A stretch of 64,000 bases of DNA from the NCBI GenBank assembly GCA_041752595.1, contig JBGSWE010000004.1:87057-151056 (forward strand), read 5' to 3'. The first letter of the stretch is position 1. Each line of letters starts with the position of its first letter. The notes beneath the pieces are model-generated. The model saw only the letters and a program-made list of their open reading frames with translations, had not been told where the DNA came from and did not search any database. Source of the stretch: Candidatus Saccharimonadales bacterium. GTDB taxonomy: Bacteria > Patescibacteriota > Saccharimonadia > Saccharimonadales > JACDBH01. This document shows positions 9,551-18,571 of this stretch, one piece after another. Position numbers and translations under genes: made by a program.

Positions 9551-10222
9551 ATGCGCGCATTAATCGTAGAAGATGAACCCAAAATTGCAAACAGCCTTAA
9601 AAAAGGCCTTATAGCAGAAACTTTCAGCGTCGATATAGTTGAAGACGGTGATTCTGCACTTAGTTATGGGCGCAGCGAAGAATACGACATTATAATCTTG
9701 GACTGGATGATTCCAGGTAGTATGGATGGTCAGGCTGTATGTGAAGCACTACGAAAAGAAGGTGTTAAGACACCGATACTTATGCTTACAGCAAGAGATA
9801 GCACAGAACATAAGGTCAAAGGCCTTAATAGTGGTGCGGATGACTACCTTGCTAAACCATTTGCTTTTGACGAGTTGATTGCGCGGCTGTACGCCCTCCT
9901 ACGTCGGCCGCGCAACCTTCTTGGTAAAGACATCACAGCTGGTGATTTGAGCCTTGACCCAATTGCAAAAACTGTATTTTATAAAGAAGACCAAGTAGAA
10001 CTGACGGCTAAAGAATTTGCGCTACTCGAATATCTAATGCGCCGAGCTGGAACTGTTATTAGTAAGGACGATCTGATTTCTCATATTTGGAGCGACGACG
10101 ACGATGTTTTGCCAAATACAGTAGAGGTGTATATTGGTTACCTGAGAAACAAAATCGATAGACAATTTAATGCGGATGTTATTATTACAAAACGAGGCTT
10201 TGGATACACAATACAGTCTTAA
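9551..10222 (+). CDS. OmpR/PhoB-family response regulator
   Basis: Receiver domain (ALIVEDE, IIILDWMIPG, LTAR, KPF) plus a winged-helix trans_reg_C domain (LTAKEFALLEYL...VEVYIGYLRNKI...RGFGY). Confidence 0.9.
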   Translation: MRALIVEDEPKIANSLKKGLIAETFSVDIVEDGDSALSYGRSEEYDIIILDWMIPGSMDGQAVCEALRKEGVKTPILMLTARDSTEHKVKGLNSGADDYLAKPFAFDELIARLYALLRRPRNLLGKDITAGDLSLDPIAKTVFYKEDQVELTAKEFALLEYLMRRAGTVISKDDLISHIWSDDDDVLPNTVEVYIGYLRNKIDRQFNADVIITKRGFGYTIQS

Positions 10223-10253
10223 CTCAGTAATTTGCAGTACAATTTAATCACAT

Positions 10254-11273
10254 ATGAACTATTTAAAACTAAAATTTTCGACTGCCCGAATGCGGCTTAC
10301 CTTCACCTACCTTGCCATAATTATGGTGTTAACGCTTGGTTTTAGTGGTGTTTTGTATCAACAATCAATATCCGAAGCCCAGGGCAACTTAACCCGTCAA
10401 CAAAGTGGACTTAAAGATTATTTATATTTCACAAGTCCTGAACAAATAGCTCAAATAAACAACGAGCAAATGATGTTGTTCCGCAAAAATCTTATTAAGC
10501 GACTAATTGTATTGAATTTAGGTATGTTGGTGCTTGGTGGCGGTATTAGTTACATATTGGCAAGACGAAGTCTAAGGCCCCTAGAGGACACTATGGAAGC
10601 CCAGAGTAGGTTCACGTCTGATGCTGCTCATGAGTTACGCACTCCTCTTACTGCTATGAAAACAGAGATAGAGGTAGCAATGATGTCAAAAACTATCACC
10701 GACAAAGAAGCCCGAGAAATTCTAGTTAGTAACCTAGAAGAAATTGATAAACTAGAAGTCCTAACTGCCGCACTGCTTAGACTTGCACGTAGCGGCGACA
10801 GTGTCATAACGACTCATTGGCAAGATTATAAACTTCAAGACATTTTAGATGCATCAGTAAAGCGCCTACAAGACAAAGCTTTGGCACGTAAAACCACTAT
10901 AAAACTATCTAAAACTTCAGCACAAGTTCACGGCGACCCCGATCAGTTAATTGAACTATTTGTGCCGATTATTGGCAACGCAATAAAATATAGTCCAGAA
11001 GGATCTTTGGTTAGAATATCAACAACTATTTCAGATAAGAAAATTAAAACCAGCATAATTGATAACGGCATTGGTATTGCCGATATTGATGTGCCGCATA
11101 TTTTCGAACGTTTTTATAGAGCAGATCAATCACGAAACAAAACAAAAGCTGATGGTTATGGGCTGGGGTTGAGTCTTGCTGATTCTATTGCCAAAAATCA
11201 TAACGGCAAAATAACTGTAAAAAGTGAATATGGCAAGGGTTCTACATTTACTGTCGAGCTACCTACTGCCTAA
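10254..11273 (+). CDS. sensor histidine kinase
   Basis: Two N-terminal TMs, an H-box SDAAHELRTPLT, and HATPase motifs (IGNAIKYSP, IDNGIGI, GYGLGLS). Lies 31 nt downstream of the response regulator. Confidence 0.85.
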   Translation: MNYLKLKFSTARMRLTFTYLAIIMVLTLGFSGVLYQQSISEAQGNLTRQQSGLKDYLYFTSPEQIAQINNEQMMLFRKNLIKRLIVLNLGMLVLGGGISYILARRSLRPLEDTMEAQSRFTSDAAHELRTPLTAMKTEIEVAMMSKTITDKEAREILVSNLEEIDKLEVLTAALLRLARSGDSVITTHWQDYKLQDILDASVKRLQDKALARKTTIKLSKTSAQVHGDPDQLIELFVPIIGNAIKYSPEGSLVRISTTISDKKIKTSIIDNGIGIADIDVPHIFERFYRADQSRNKTKADGYGLGLSLADSIAKNHNGKITVKSEYGKGSTFTVELPTA

Positions 11274-11274
11274 A

Positions 11275-11952
11275 TTAATAGCTCTGGGCTTGTAATAAAT
11301 AAGCTTCTAGATTACTCATTTCTTCTGATGAACAAGCTGGCTCTCTGTATAAATACAAAGTTCGTCCGTCGTTAAGTTTAAAATTATTAACGTCCTTGTA
11401 ATCGCTAATTGGTTCAAATTGCAACGTAAACCCCCTGGCACAAGCCTGAGCTTCGGGGACATTATTAAATAATTCTTCCATGCTGTTGCCCGGAATTAAC
11501 TTTGATTTGCCATAATTTGTAATACTTTTTGAAGTTATTTGTAAACTTTCTGGGAATGGCATATATAGTTCATTGTTAGGGTCGGGACTAGGTTGCTGCT
11601 TTTCGTACGTGTATAAAATGTTTTTTACATTTTCGGTTGGTTCTGATAATTGTAGCCTTACTTCTGGTATTCGATTCGCTTCGTCGGGTGATGATTTGAT
11701 TTCAGTAAGCCCATCTATTGAATCTATAATTAAGCTGCTCATCCTATATATTGAGTTTCTACTAAGTTCGCTCCAGACGATTAAGTTATAAAAATACTGA
11801 ACAGAAATTGCAGCTGTTAAGACTAATAAGTAGCTACCAATTATTGTTAAAAATAGTATTTTTCTCCAGTGTAGTTTTCCGTGTCTTGTTGGGTGCGCAA
11901 AAGGCATCGTAGATTTAACTAGTTTTTTCTTTGAAGTTTGTTTTTTAGGCAC
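11275..11952 (-). CDS. hypothetical membrane-anchored protein
   Basis: 225-aa ORF with a basic N-terminus and one TM (ILFLTIIGSYLLVLTAAISV). No family recognised. Confidence 0.5.
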   Translation of the reverse strand: MPKKQTSKKKLVKSTMPFAHPTRHGKLHWRKILFLTIIGSYLLVLTAAISVQYFYNLIVWSELSRNSIYRMSSLIIDSIDGLTEIKSSPDEANRIPEVRLQLSEPTENVKNILYTYEKQQPSPDPNNELYMPFPESLQITSKSITNYGKSKLIPGNSMEELFNNVPEAQACARGFTLQFEPISDYKDVNNFKLNDGRTLYLYREPACSSEEMSNLEAYLLQAQSY

Positions 11953-11989
11953 TTTCGCCCTCCTTACCCAAGATTGTATACTGATAAGC

Positions 11990-12787
11990 TTATGCTTGCA
12001 ATTCTATGCTCACCGGGCAATGGTCTGAGCCCATTACATCGGCGTGGATCCTGGCGCTAATAATATTTGATTTAATACTTTCTGATACTAGGAAATAATC
12101 TATCCTCCAGCCGACGTTTCTGTCACGAGATTTTGCAAAATGACTCCACCAAGTGTAATTGCCATTGCCTTTTACGAACATGCGAAAAGTATCAACAAAA
12201 CCGGCTGCAAGCCATTTATCAAAACCGCTACGTTCTTCTGCTGTATAACCATGTTTTCCGATATTTTGTTTGGGGTTAGCGAGGTCATCCTCGTTATGGG
12301 CAACATTCATATCGCCACAATAAATGATAGGTTTTTTTATTTGTAGTGCTGCACAGTATAAAATCATTGCTTCGTCCCACTTTTGGCGTAGTGGTATTCG
12401 GGATAAATCATCTTTGGCATTTGGGGTGTAGGCTGTAACTACATAAAAATTGGTAAACTCGGCTGCAATTACCCTACCTTCATCATTGCTGTGTCCGTAA
12501 GAATCGGCACTCAAGCCAGATTCCTTAATATATTGGTCTGGAATATCATGAGTCACATTGAGTGGTTTGGTTTTACTAAAAATTGCCGTGCCAGAATAAC
12601 CCTTTTTGGTTTTTGAGGAGTTCCAGTATTCTTGGTAATCACTTAGATCAATTTCTGCTTGCCCTTGCTCTGCTTTGGTTTCTTGTAGACATAAAATATC
12701 AGGCTGGTGTTCTGACATAAAACTTTGGAATGAGCCCTTGCGCACAACTGCCCTAATTCCATTAACATTCCAAGAATATATATTCAT
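11990..12787 (-). CDS. xth: exodeoxyribonuclease III (AP endonuclease)
   Basis: ORF track gives 11990..12868. Homology-type sequence begins at the internal Met (MNIYSWNVNGIRA...LCLQETK...GDMNVAH...SDHCPV), so I place the start at 12787. Confidence 0.85.
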   Translation of the reverse strand: MNIYSWNVNGIRAVVRKGSFQSFMSEHQPDILCLQETKAEQGQAEIDLSDYQEYWNSSKTKKGYSGTAIFSKTKPLNVTHDIPDQYIKESGLSADSYGHSNDEGRVIAAEFTNFYVVTAYTPNAKDDLSRIPLRQKWDEAMILYCAALQIKKPIIYCGDMNVAHNEDDLANPKQNIGKHGYTAEERSGFDKWLAAGFVDTFRMFVKGNGNYTWWSHFAKSRDRNVGWRIDYFLVSESIKSNIISARIHADVMGSDHCPVSIELQA

Positions 12788-12892
12788 TACCCCAGTATAA
12801 GCTATTGCATAAAGGTATTCAAAATTGTATAGTTTCATTTGATAATGAAGTAGATATTCATCGTACATTCAAATTGTTAGGAGGTGAGAAGC

Positions 12893-12997
12893 GTGATAGT
12901 CGATTTTTTGCTGGCAATAATTATCAAGGTAATCTTCGCAGGAGCTGTAATGTTCTTGTTTGATAGATTTACCAGGTTCGCTAATGTCACGGCGTGA
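12893..12997 (+). CDS. possible 34-aa hydrophobic peptide (GTG start)
   Basis: Below the ORF-track cut-off. AGGAGG lies 8 nt upstream of the GTG. Translation is VIVDFLLAIIIKVIFAGAVMFLFDRFTRFANVTA. Confidence 0.25.
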   Translation: MIVDFLLAIIIKVIFAGAVMFLFDRFTRFANVTA

Positions 12998-13065
12998 GAT
13001 GTGTCTTTGTCAATTCGCTGTAGTAATGCAATAAACCAATCACCACTCAATCTCAAAGGAGAAAC

Positions 13066-13344
13066 GTGTTACTCAACATTATAGCTGCTCTGATTTTCAT
13101 GGTTGGCATCGCCTTCATCATCACTTTCGCAGGATCGTATTTCATGAATCCTACGAAGAAATTCAGTTGGCGATTCTTCGGACTACTTGCCGGTGGCTTG
13201 TCTGCTATTCGGGTGAATTACTTGCTTGAAGACGATGGTCGCTCAGGCGCGTTTTCTACTCTTGCAGGTCTTCTAGTGGGTATAACCGTGCTGATTTGCA
13301 TTCGTGCAATATCCCTCTCAAAGGTAAAGCCTGAGGCCCAGTAA
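13066..13344 (+). CDS. small integral membrane protein (92 aa, GTG start)
   Basis: AAGGAG lies 4 nt upstream of the GTG. Three hydrophobic segments. No family recognised. Confidence 0.45.
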   Translation: MLLNIIAALIFMVGIAFIITFAGSYFMNPTKKFSWRFFGLLAGGLSAIRVNYLLEDDGRSGAFSTLAGLLVGITVLICIRAISLSKVKPEAQ

Positions 13345-13579
13345 ATCAATAATTCATTTCAAATCCTTCTATCATCAATTTTGGGTTGAGATTGAAAACG
13401 ATTTCATGGCACTAGTCATGATTACTCTCGTTTTCTCTAACTCCCCACCCTTTTTCGTATCAAGAGATAATTAAGCTTGACTGACGAGGCTATATTAGTG
13501 GCCGAAACGAAAACTAAATTTATTAACGTAGAACAATCCAATAAATTTTTATTTTAAAAAACTTATCTAAGTGTTCTTG

Positions 13580-13631
13580 CCTGGGTGCGTGTCTCTATTT
13601 CTAGAGTTGAGGCACGCACCCAGGACTTTTT
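13580..13631. terminator. strong hairpin (12-bp GC-rich stem) with T-tract, between convergent genes
   Basis: cctgggtgcgtg...cacgcacccagg followed by acttttt. The loop contains an inner stem ctcta/tagag. Confidence 0.5.
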
Positions 13632-13648
13632 GATGCAAACTACATCTG

Positions 13649-14446
13649 TCAGATAATCAGCTCGTCAATCAAATCCCAACCCGAAAGGCTGCTACCGAGA
13701 GACTCGACGGCTACCATGTAGTCAGTGTTGCGACCGTCGCTACGATTGTCGTAGAAACCGGTGATGTCTGAGGGTGCCCAGAACGAGTGACTTGGGTTGG
13801 TTCTTTCTTGGTAAAGCACTCTGAACGGTTGTTCGGAGCCTTCGATTGCAAAGCCAACTCGCTGGTTTCGACGAATCGGCACGCCAATTTTGGGAAGTTC
13901 ACCGTCTGTGGCAGACAGGCCAGGAACGAAAAGTACGTCGTCGTTTTTAGGGACGTACTTGACGACAACCGGTGCCGGCATATACAGATGGCCTTTCCAG
14001 CACAGGATGACGAAACCATGGTTCATGAACTCGCCGGTCAGCCAAATCACTAGATTGACGAGTGTTCGATCGATTGCTGGCTGGAACTCACTTGGCAATG
14101 AACGAAATGTCTTCATGATTTCGTGAGCGTTTTCAGCAACAGCAACAACGTAGTTGTCCGTTTCGAATGCAAACGAGTCAAGAGTGCTCTTATCTCCGTT
14201 GTACTGCAGTGAAGGCAGCATTCCGGTCAAGCTTCGCATGAAGTTGCGGGTTTCAACTGGCTCGTCGCATTGAACGAGGTCGTTGCCGGGCACATGCATG
14301 AACAGACAGTTGACCTGGTCACCTACGCTAGTTGCATTGAGCTGGAAGCCTGTTACATGTTCTGTACGAGGATCTTCGCTCAATAACGTCGCGTAGCTGT
14401 AGGTCTGAATTTCTTCAACATTTGCGGGGTATACGGTGATTGTCAC
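13649..14446 (-). CDS. hypothetical protein (266 aa from GTG start)
   Basis: ORF track gives 13649..14524. AGGAGG followed by cgaa and an in-frame GTG at 14446 gives a better start (MTITVYPANVEE...). No family recognised. GC-rich. Confidence 0.6.
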   Translation of the reverse strand: MTITVYPANVEEIQTYSYATLLSEDPRTEHVTGFQLNATSVGDQVNCLFMHVPGNDLVQCDEPVETRNFMRSLTGMLPSLQYNGDKSTLDSFAFETDNYVVAVAENAHEIMKTFRSLPSEFQPAIDRTLVNLVIWLTGEFMNHGFVILCWKGHLYMPAPVVVKYVPKNDDVLFVPGLSATDGELPKIGVPIRRNQRVGFAIEGSEQPFRVLYQERTNPSHSFWAPSDITGFYDNRSDGRNTDYMVAVESLGSSLSGWDLIDELII

Positions 14447-14890
14447 TTCGCCTCCTGGCGTTTTGTTTGGTTTTGTTGAGCTAAAAAATGAGGAAACAGA
14501 TAGAAAGTACAGTAATACGCTCAATCCGCTTCCTCATATCTGACATTATTAAAGTGCAAACACTAGGTTTACTAGCGTTCACGAGTATATAATTATACAA
14601 CTTTATTCAATTAATTACAATAAACTTTTTAAGTTCTAGTTTCGCCGATTACGGCTCATCAGTACAACTATTAATTTGTAGACTAGGACAAGAGAGAGGT
14701 GTGGGTGGTTTTGTTAGATCACTAAGGCGATCAACCATTCAAACGTCATCTTGTCAGGAGTTTTGGACTCCTTGCCAGCATGATACGAAACTTTTTTATG
14801 GGTTCCATAGTAACTACTCATGCGGTAGTGTTGTTCATCACTTCAGCTTACGAGCCAAAGTGGAAGGTTTTACTAGGGTGAACTAGTAAT

Positions 14891-15085
14891 TCAGGGGTAC
14901 TGGACAGGCCAGCATTCAGTGTTATTCACGAAGACGCGACACTCAACTTGTACACCCAAAGGTGTAACGAAATTGAAGTAGCTACCTTCATTTGGTTCAA
15001 CAACCTCCCTGTTGATCATGTCTTCATCGCTTCCACAAGCTGCAAAAAGCAACATGAGCGCTGCAACGGATGCGATTCGTTTCAT
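14891..15085 (-). CDS. small putative lipoprotein (64 aa)
   Basis: Signal peptide plus lipobox (MKRIASVAALMLLFAAC-GSD). Lies 18 nt downstream of the 349-aa lipoprotein gene. Confidence 0.5.
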   Translation of the reverse strand: MKRIASVAALMLLFAACGSDEDMINREVVEPNEGSYFNFVTPLGVQVECRVFVNNTECWPVQYP

Positions 15086-15103
15086 AGTTGCCTATGTCTC
15101 TAG

Positions 15104-16153
15104 TCAGCCGTCGGAGTCTGGGCTCGGGGGTTGTGGAGCGTTGTTTGCAGCCGGCTCCTCAGGAGTCGGAGTGGGGTCAAGGTTTACAACCGTCGGACTA
15201 CCTCCTATTGGGGGTTCGCCAATGGTGACAACACAGGTTGTGGTTGGTCCACACTGCTTCAGGGTGTCTTGGAGTCCGAGCCAATAGCTGGCATCGTCAC
15301 CGTAGATTTCCTTTGCAGTATTCAGACGCTCAGCGTTGGCCGAACGAGCTTGATCTGCTTGCCGAGTTTCTTCGGCTTGCTCATTGGCGGTGGCGTCTGT
15401 ACTGAACACATCAGTGACGACGATTCGTACAGTTGTACAGCTGAACTCGCCTTCTCCAGGTTTGTCTGGATTGGGCCAGCCGGAGTTGCCAGAGCCGCAG
15501 AACAGATCGAGGTTATACCCCGTCCTGAGGGCAACTTTTGAAGAGAACAACTCTGATGCCGCTGTACCAAGCTGTTCGTACAACACTGTATCTTTGTTTT
15601 CCCAGATGTCGTCGTCGAACTGCTTGAGCGCGAATGCAATTGCTTCGTCAGCTGCAGGACCGAAATTTTCGCCAAGCATACCGTTCCACCCAGGAGTAGA
15701 AAAGTTTGCCGCACCGGTCGAGGCATCTTTGCTGTAGCACTCGTACTTGTAGCAGAGGTCGTAGAAGCGGCGCATGGCTACTTCTTCTTGGTTGAGAGTC
15801 CAGAAGACGTCATAGTACACGCCAACTGGTGTGTTTGTCTGAGTCGTGCCATTTGCGGCTGTGAATCTGTCACCCACCTGGACATTGTTGGCATTCAAAC
15901 GTTTGCCGTTGTTGACCAGGTAGTTGCGTGACTGACACGGAACGTAAACGACGTTTTCGGTATCTTCGTTGTGGTCGATGTTCTGGTTGGGATAGACCAC
16001 TCGTTTGATAGTGGAATCCCGACCTTCTTGTCCGTCACCAACCACGTAGCTGCACATGGCAACTGGGTTGGCGGTAGTGTCGCCGGGCATGCAGGCAGTT
16101 GCCAGCGTGATCAGCGACAGTGCTCCGAGGAGCATTATCCATCTCGATTTCAT
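15104..16153 (-). CDS. putative lipoprotein (349 aa) with Pro-rich C-terminal tail; weak SPFH/band-7-like impression
   Basis: Signal peptide plus lipobox (LITLATAC-MPG) and an AAGAGGAAAA RBS. C-terminal tail is PPIGGSPTVVNLDPTPTPEEPAANNAPQPPSPDSDG. The family assignment is not secure. Confidence 0.7.
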   Translation of the reverse strand: MKSRWIMLLGALSLITLATACMPGDTTANPVAMCSYVVGDGQEGRDSTIKRVVYPNQNIDHNEDTENVVYVPCQSRNYLVNNGKRLNANNVQVGDRFTAANGTTQTNTPVGVYYDVFWTLNQEEVAMRRFYDLCYKYECYSKDASTGAANFSTPGWNGMLGENFGPAADEAIAFALKQFDDDIWENKDTVLYEQLGTAASELFSSKVALRTGYNLDLFCGSGNSGWPNPDKPGEGEFSCTTVRIVVTDVFSTDATANEQAEETRQADQARSANAERLNTAKEIYGDDASYWLGLQDTLKQCGPTTTCVVTIGEPPIGGSPTVVNLDPTPTPEEPAANNAPQPPSPDSDG

Positions 16154-16226
16154 TTTTCCTCTTTCCTAGTTGGTCTTCAGGGGTAGTCGTTTTGGTATGG
16201 ACGTCTAAAGATTCAGTTGAGGTTGG

Positions 16227-17510
16227 TTACTTGACCGAAGTGGAAACCTCCAGTTCAAGCGGTCTTGTGGCGGTTGCAACAACGCTGTTGATGACGGTGT
16301 CTGTGATGAGCTGAGACGAATCGTCCAGCACCTTCTTGGCCATCATCATGGCATGTTGCATGTCAGCTCGACGCTGGGTACCTTCCTTCATCGCCTGAAC
16401 GATTCCGTTTGCCTGGGTGGCAATCGAGTCGGCCATGGCGGCGATGGTTTCGGGTGTCAGTGTCGGTGTTTCGATGGTCTGGGCGATCATCGGAACTGCT
16501 TCGGCGCCTGCACGAGCATAGGCTTGAAGCCACTCGTTGGAAGCGTCGGCTACGGCCTGTGCCAGTTTGGCTGCGTCCTGGGTTTGGATCATCAGCTGCC
16601 ACTGTGCTGCCGTGAGCTTCATGGTTGGTACCGTGACGCAGATCAATTCATTGATGCGCATGGCCAGACCCACGTTCAGTTCACGCATCATGCGTACCTG
16701 AGGTGAGGTTGCCCAAGCGACGAAGAGTCGACCCTTGTACTCGGCGATCTTGATGTCCATGTTGTGAGCTAGCTGAACGACTTTCGCCTGCTGTTCACTT
16801 CCACGGTCACCAAGTGTTGAATCTCCGACATCGATTGCCTTGGCCTGTTCGACTGCGAGGTCGCGGATCAGCTCCATCACGCCAATGACGTAGATGAGCT
16901 TGACGATCTCGGCCTCGTTTTCGTCATACAATTCGTCGTAGAACGCAACGTTACGCAGAAGCGTGTATTGCTGTCCACGAAGTTGGCCACTGATCTTTTC
17001 CAGCTGCTTTTGCACACTCGAAATGTCCTCGCGGAACATGTCGATCATGGTCTTGGCGTTTCGGAAGAATCGCTTGACGCCGCTGGACCACTTCTCATAG
17101 CGCTCACGTACCTTGGGGTCCGACATGTCGTACTTGCCGCGCACGCTTCGCATCTCGTCGTTGAGGTCCTTCATCAGGCCTTCCAACTCGGGGATTCGAA
17201 CCGGCTCGAGCTCGTTCAAAATACGGTCCACAAGGGCGTTGACACCTTCGAGGGCGGACATGCCGTAGGTCATGAAGACTTGGGTGTTGTCCAGCATCTC
17301 TTCGAGAAGCTTGGCAGCTTCAGCCTCTGCTTCGGCGCGAGTCTGTCCTTGCAACAGGTAGCTGCAGTTGAGGGTACGCCTGGTCTCGGGCTTGGCTGCG
17401 ACGGACGAAAGGCCAGTGGCAACAGGTAGGTTGTGAGCCTCCGGGATGGCGAGGGCGGTTGAGCCTTCGTCGACCTTCGGAAAGGCGATTTCGATGGTTT
17501 GGGTGGACAT
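16227..17510 (-). CDS. telA: TelA-family (toxic anion resistance) protein
   Basis: 427-aa ORF. Its long helical pattern is typical of TelA (pfam05816): ...RGKYDMSDPKVRERYEKWSSGVKRFFRNAKTMIDMFREDISSVQKQLEKISGQLRGQQYTLLRNVAFYDELYDENEAEIVKLIYVIGVMEL... Confidence 0.8.
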   Translation of the reverse strand: MSTQTIEIAFPKVDEGSTALAIPEAHNLPVATGLSSVAAKPETRRTLNCSYLLQGQTRAEAEAEAAKLLEEMLDNTQVFMTYGMSALEGVNALVDRILNELEPVRIPELEGLMKDLNDEMRSVRGKYDMSDPKVRERYEKWSSGVKRFFRNAKTMIDMFREDISSVQKQLEKISGQLRGQQYTLLRNVAFYDELYDENEAEIVKLIYVIGVMELIRDLAVEQAKAIDVGDSTLGDRGSEQQAKVVQLAHNMDIKIAEYKGRLFVAWATSPQVRMMRELNVGLAMRINELICVTVPTMKLTAAQWQLMIQTQDAAKLAQAVADASNEWLQAYARAGAEAVPMIAQTIETPTLTPETIAAMADSIATQANGIVQAMKEGTQRRADMQHAMMMAKKVLDDSSQLITDTVINSVVATATRPLELEVSTSVK

Positions 17511-17557
17511 GTGGGGATACCATTCTCTCTACTCGTTGTGTGGGTGGAATTCTTGGA

Positions 17558-18571
17558 CTATCGGTAACGCTGTGCCGCGAGGATGTCTGTATCGACGCGG
17601 TAGTTGGTCAGTGCCTCCCTGCTTCCCCTGCGAACATTTGTGAGAACGAACTCTGAGAAACCAGTAACGGCTTCAGCTCCTTGTTCCATCAGTTCTGGGG
17701 GGTTGTGGAAGAACCTGGGATTGTCTTGCACATCAACATAGCGTTCAAGAACGCTCTGCATACTGCGCAAGTGCATTTCGAATTCATCGGCATCATTTCG
17801 ACGCGTGTCTCCCTTGCGGGTGATGTTGCGTTTGAAATAAGCCTCTGTGTCACTGCACATCTGGGTAACCAAGTCCCTAAGGGCCGGGTCATTGATCCTA
17901 CTGCGCAGTTTGAGGATTGGCTCCAGAACATCCTTGACGGGGTCTGGGGCAGCTTTGATTTTCACATGGTCAGAACTTTGCTTGTATCGAGCGCGGTAGC
18001 GTACGAGAAGCGCTGTAATGATTGATACTGCTAGCAGTAAGCCACTTGACCCGAACAAAAGCGGCATAGAAATGTCGGAATCCGACTGCTTTACAGGCTG
18101 TGAAGCAACTGCTTTAGGGTTGGCGGCTTGCCAGCTATGGACATTGCGAATGAACGTGCTGAGCGCTTCTGGCGTGTTGGCCGAGACGTTGATTGCACGT
18201 TCCATCAAATCTGTAGCTTCACCAGGAGGCAGCGATGCCGAGTAGGCAATAATCTGATCTCCTACAGAGAGGCCGATTATACGGTCACCTTCCAGTGATG
18301 TATCGATTTTACGAGCGAGAGACAGAAGTTCACCACTAGACAATACCGACTCTCCTGCTGGCAACATAACAATGACGAGGTTATCGTCGTTGTATAGCTG
18401 ATTCAACAGGATGCCAGCAGTGTCGTTGTCGGTGTCTTCCGTCCCCGGTGCGACATAAACGGGACTGTCTCGTATGACTGTCACCGCCTCGTCGATCGGT
18501 TGGCTAGCTGTAGCCACAAAAGCCTGAGGGGCAAATGCAGGATGAGCCAGTCCAGACGGAGTTGGGATCAC
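17558..18571 (-). CDS. membrane protein: N-terminal Rv1476/DUF6676-like domain + TM + C-terminal XpaC-like (5-bromo-4-chloroindolyl phosphate hydrolysis family) domain
   Basis: ORF track starts at a TTG (18628). AGGAG plus a 9-nt spacer plus an in-frame GTG at 18571 is a better start. C-terminal ...LRSMQSVLERYVDVQDNPRFFHNPPELMEQGAEAVTGFSEFVLTNVRR matches my memory of pfam10112. N-terminal SPVYVAPG...LVIVMLPAGES...IIGLSVGDQIIAYSASLPPGEA resembles actinobacterial Rv1476-type proteins. xpaC-telA(yaaN) adjacency is known from Bacillus. Confidence 0.65.
   Translation of the reverse strand: MIPTPSGLAHPAFAPQAFVATASQPIDEAVTVIRDSPVYVAPGTEDTDNDTAGILLNQLYNDDNLVIVMLPAGESVLSSGELLSLARKIDTSLEGDRIIGLSVGDQIIAYSASLPPGEATDLMERAINVSANTPEALSTFIRNVHSWQAANPKAVASQPVKQSDSDISMPLLFGSSGLLLAVSIITALLVRYRARYKQSSDHVKIKAAPDPVKDVLEPILKLRSRINDPALRDLVTQMCSDTEAYFKRNITRKGDTRRNDADEFEMHLRSMQSVLERYVDVQDNPRFFHNPPELMEQGAEAVTGFSEFVLTNVRRGSREALTNYRVDTDILAAQRYR

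Noticed and set aside
13711-14126. ORFs 13711..14019 (-), 13787..14053 (+) and 13890..14126 (+)
   Set aside because: They are shadow ORFs nested in the 13649..14446 gene in GC-rich sequence.
14701-14886. 61-aa + strand ORF in the AT-rich spacer
   Set aside because: It has no RBS, an odd composition and no partner. It probably falls in the promoter or terminator spacer between island genes.
15012-15737. Four overlapping ORFs (15012..15287 +, 15131..15541 +, 15322..15726 -, 15384..15737 +)
   Set aside because: All are nested within the 349-aa lipoprotein gene, which has a signal peptide, lipobox and RBS. They are GC-driven shadows.
16353-18245. Numerous 60-150-aa ORFs on both strands across the TelA and XpaC-like genes
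   Set aside because: They are nested in two long ORFs with recognisable family patterns, and their products are Arg/Gly/Ser-rich out-of-frame translations.
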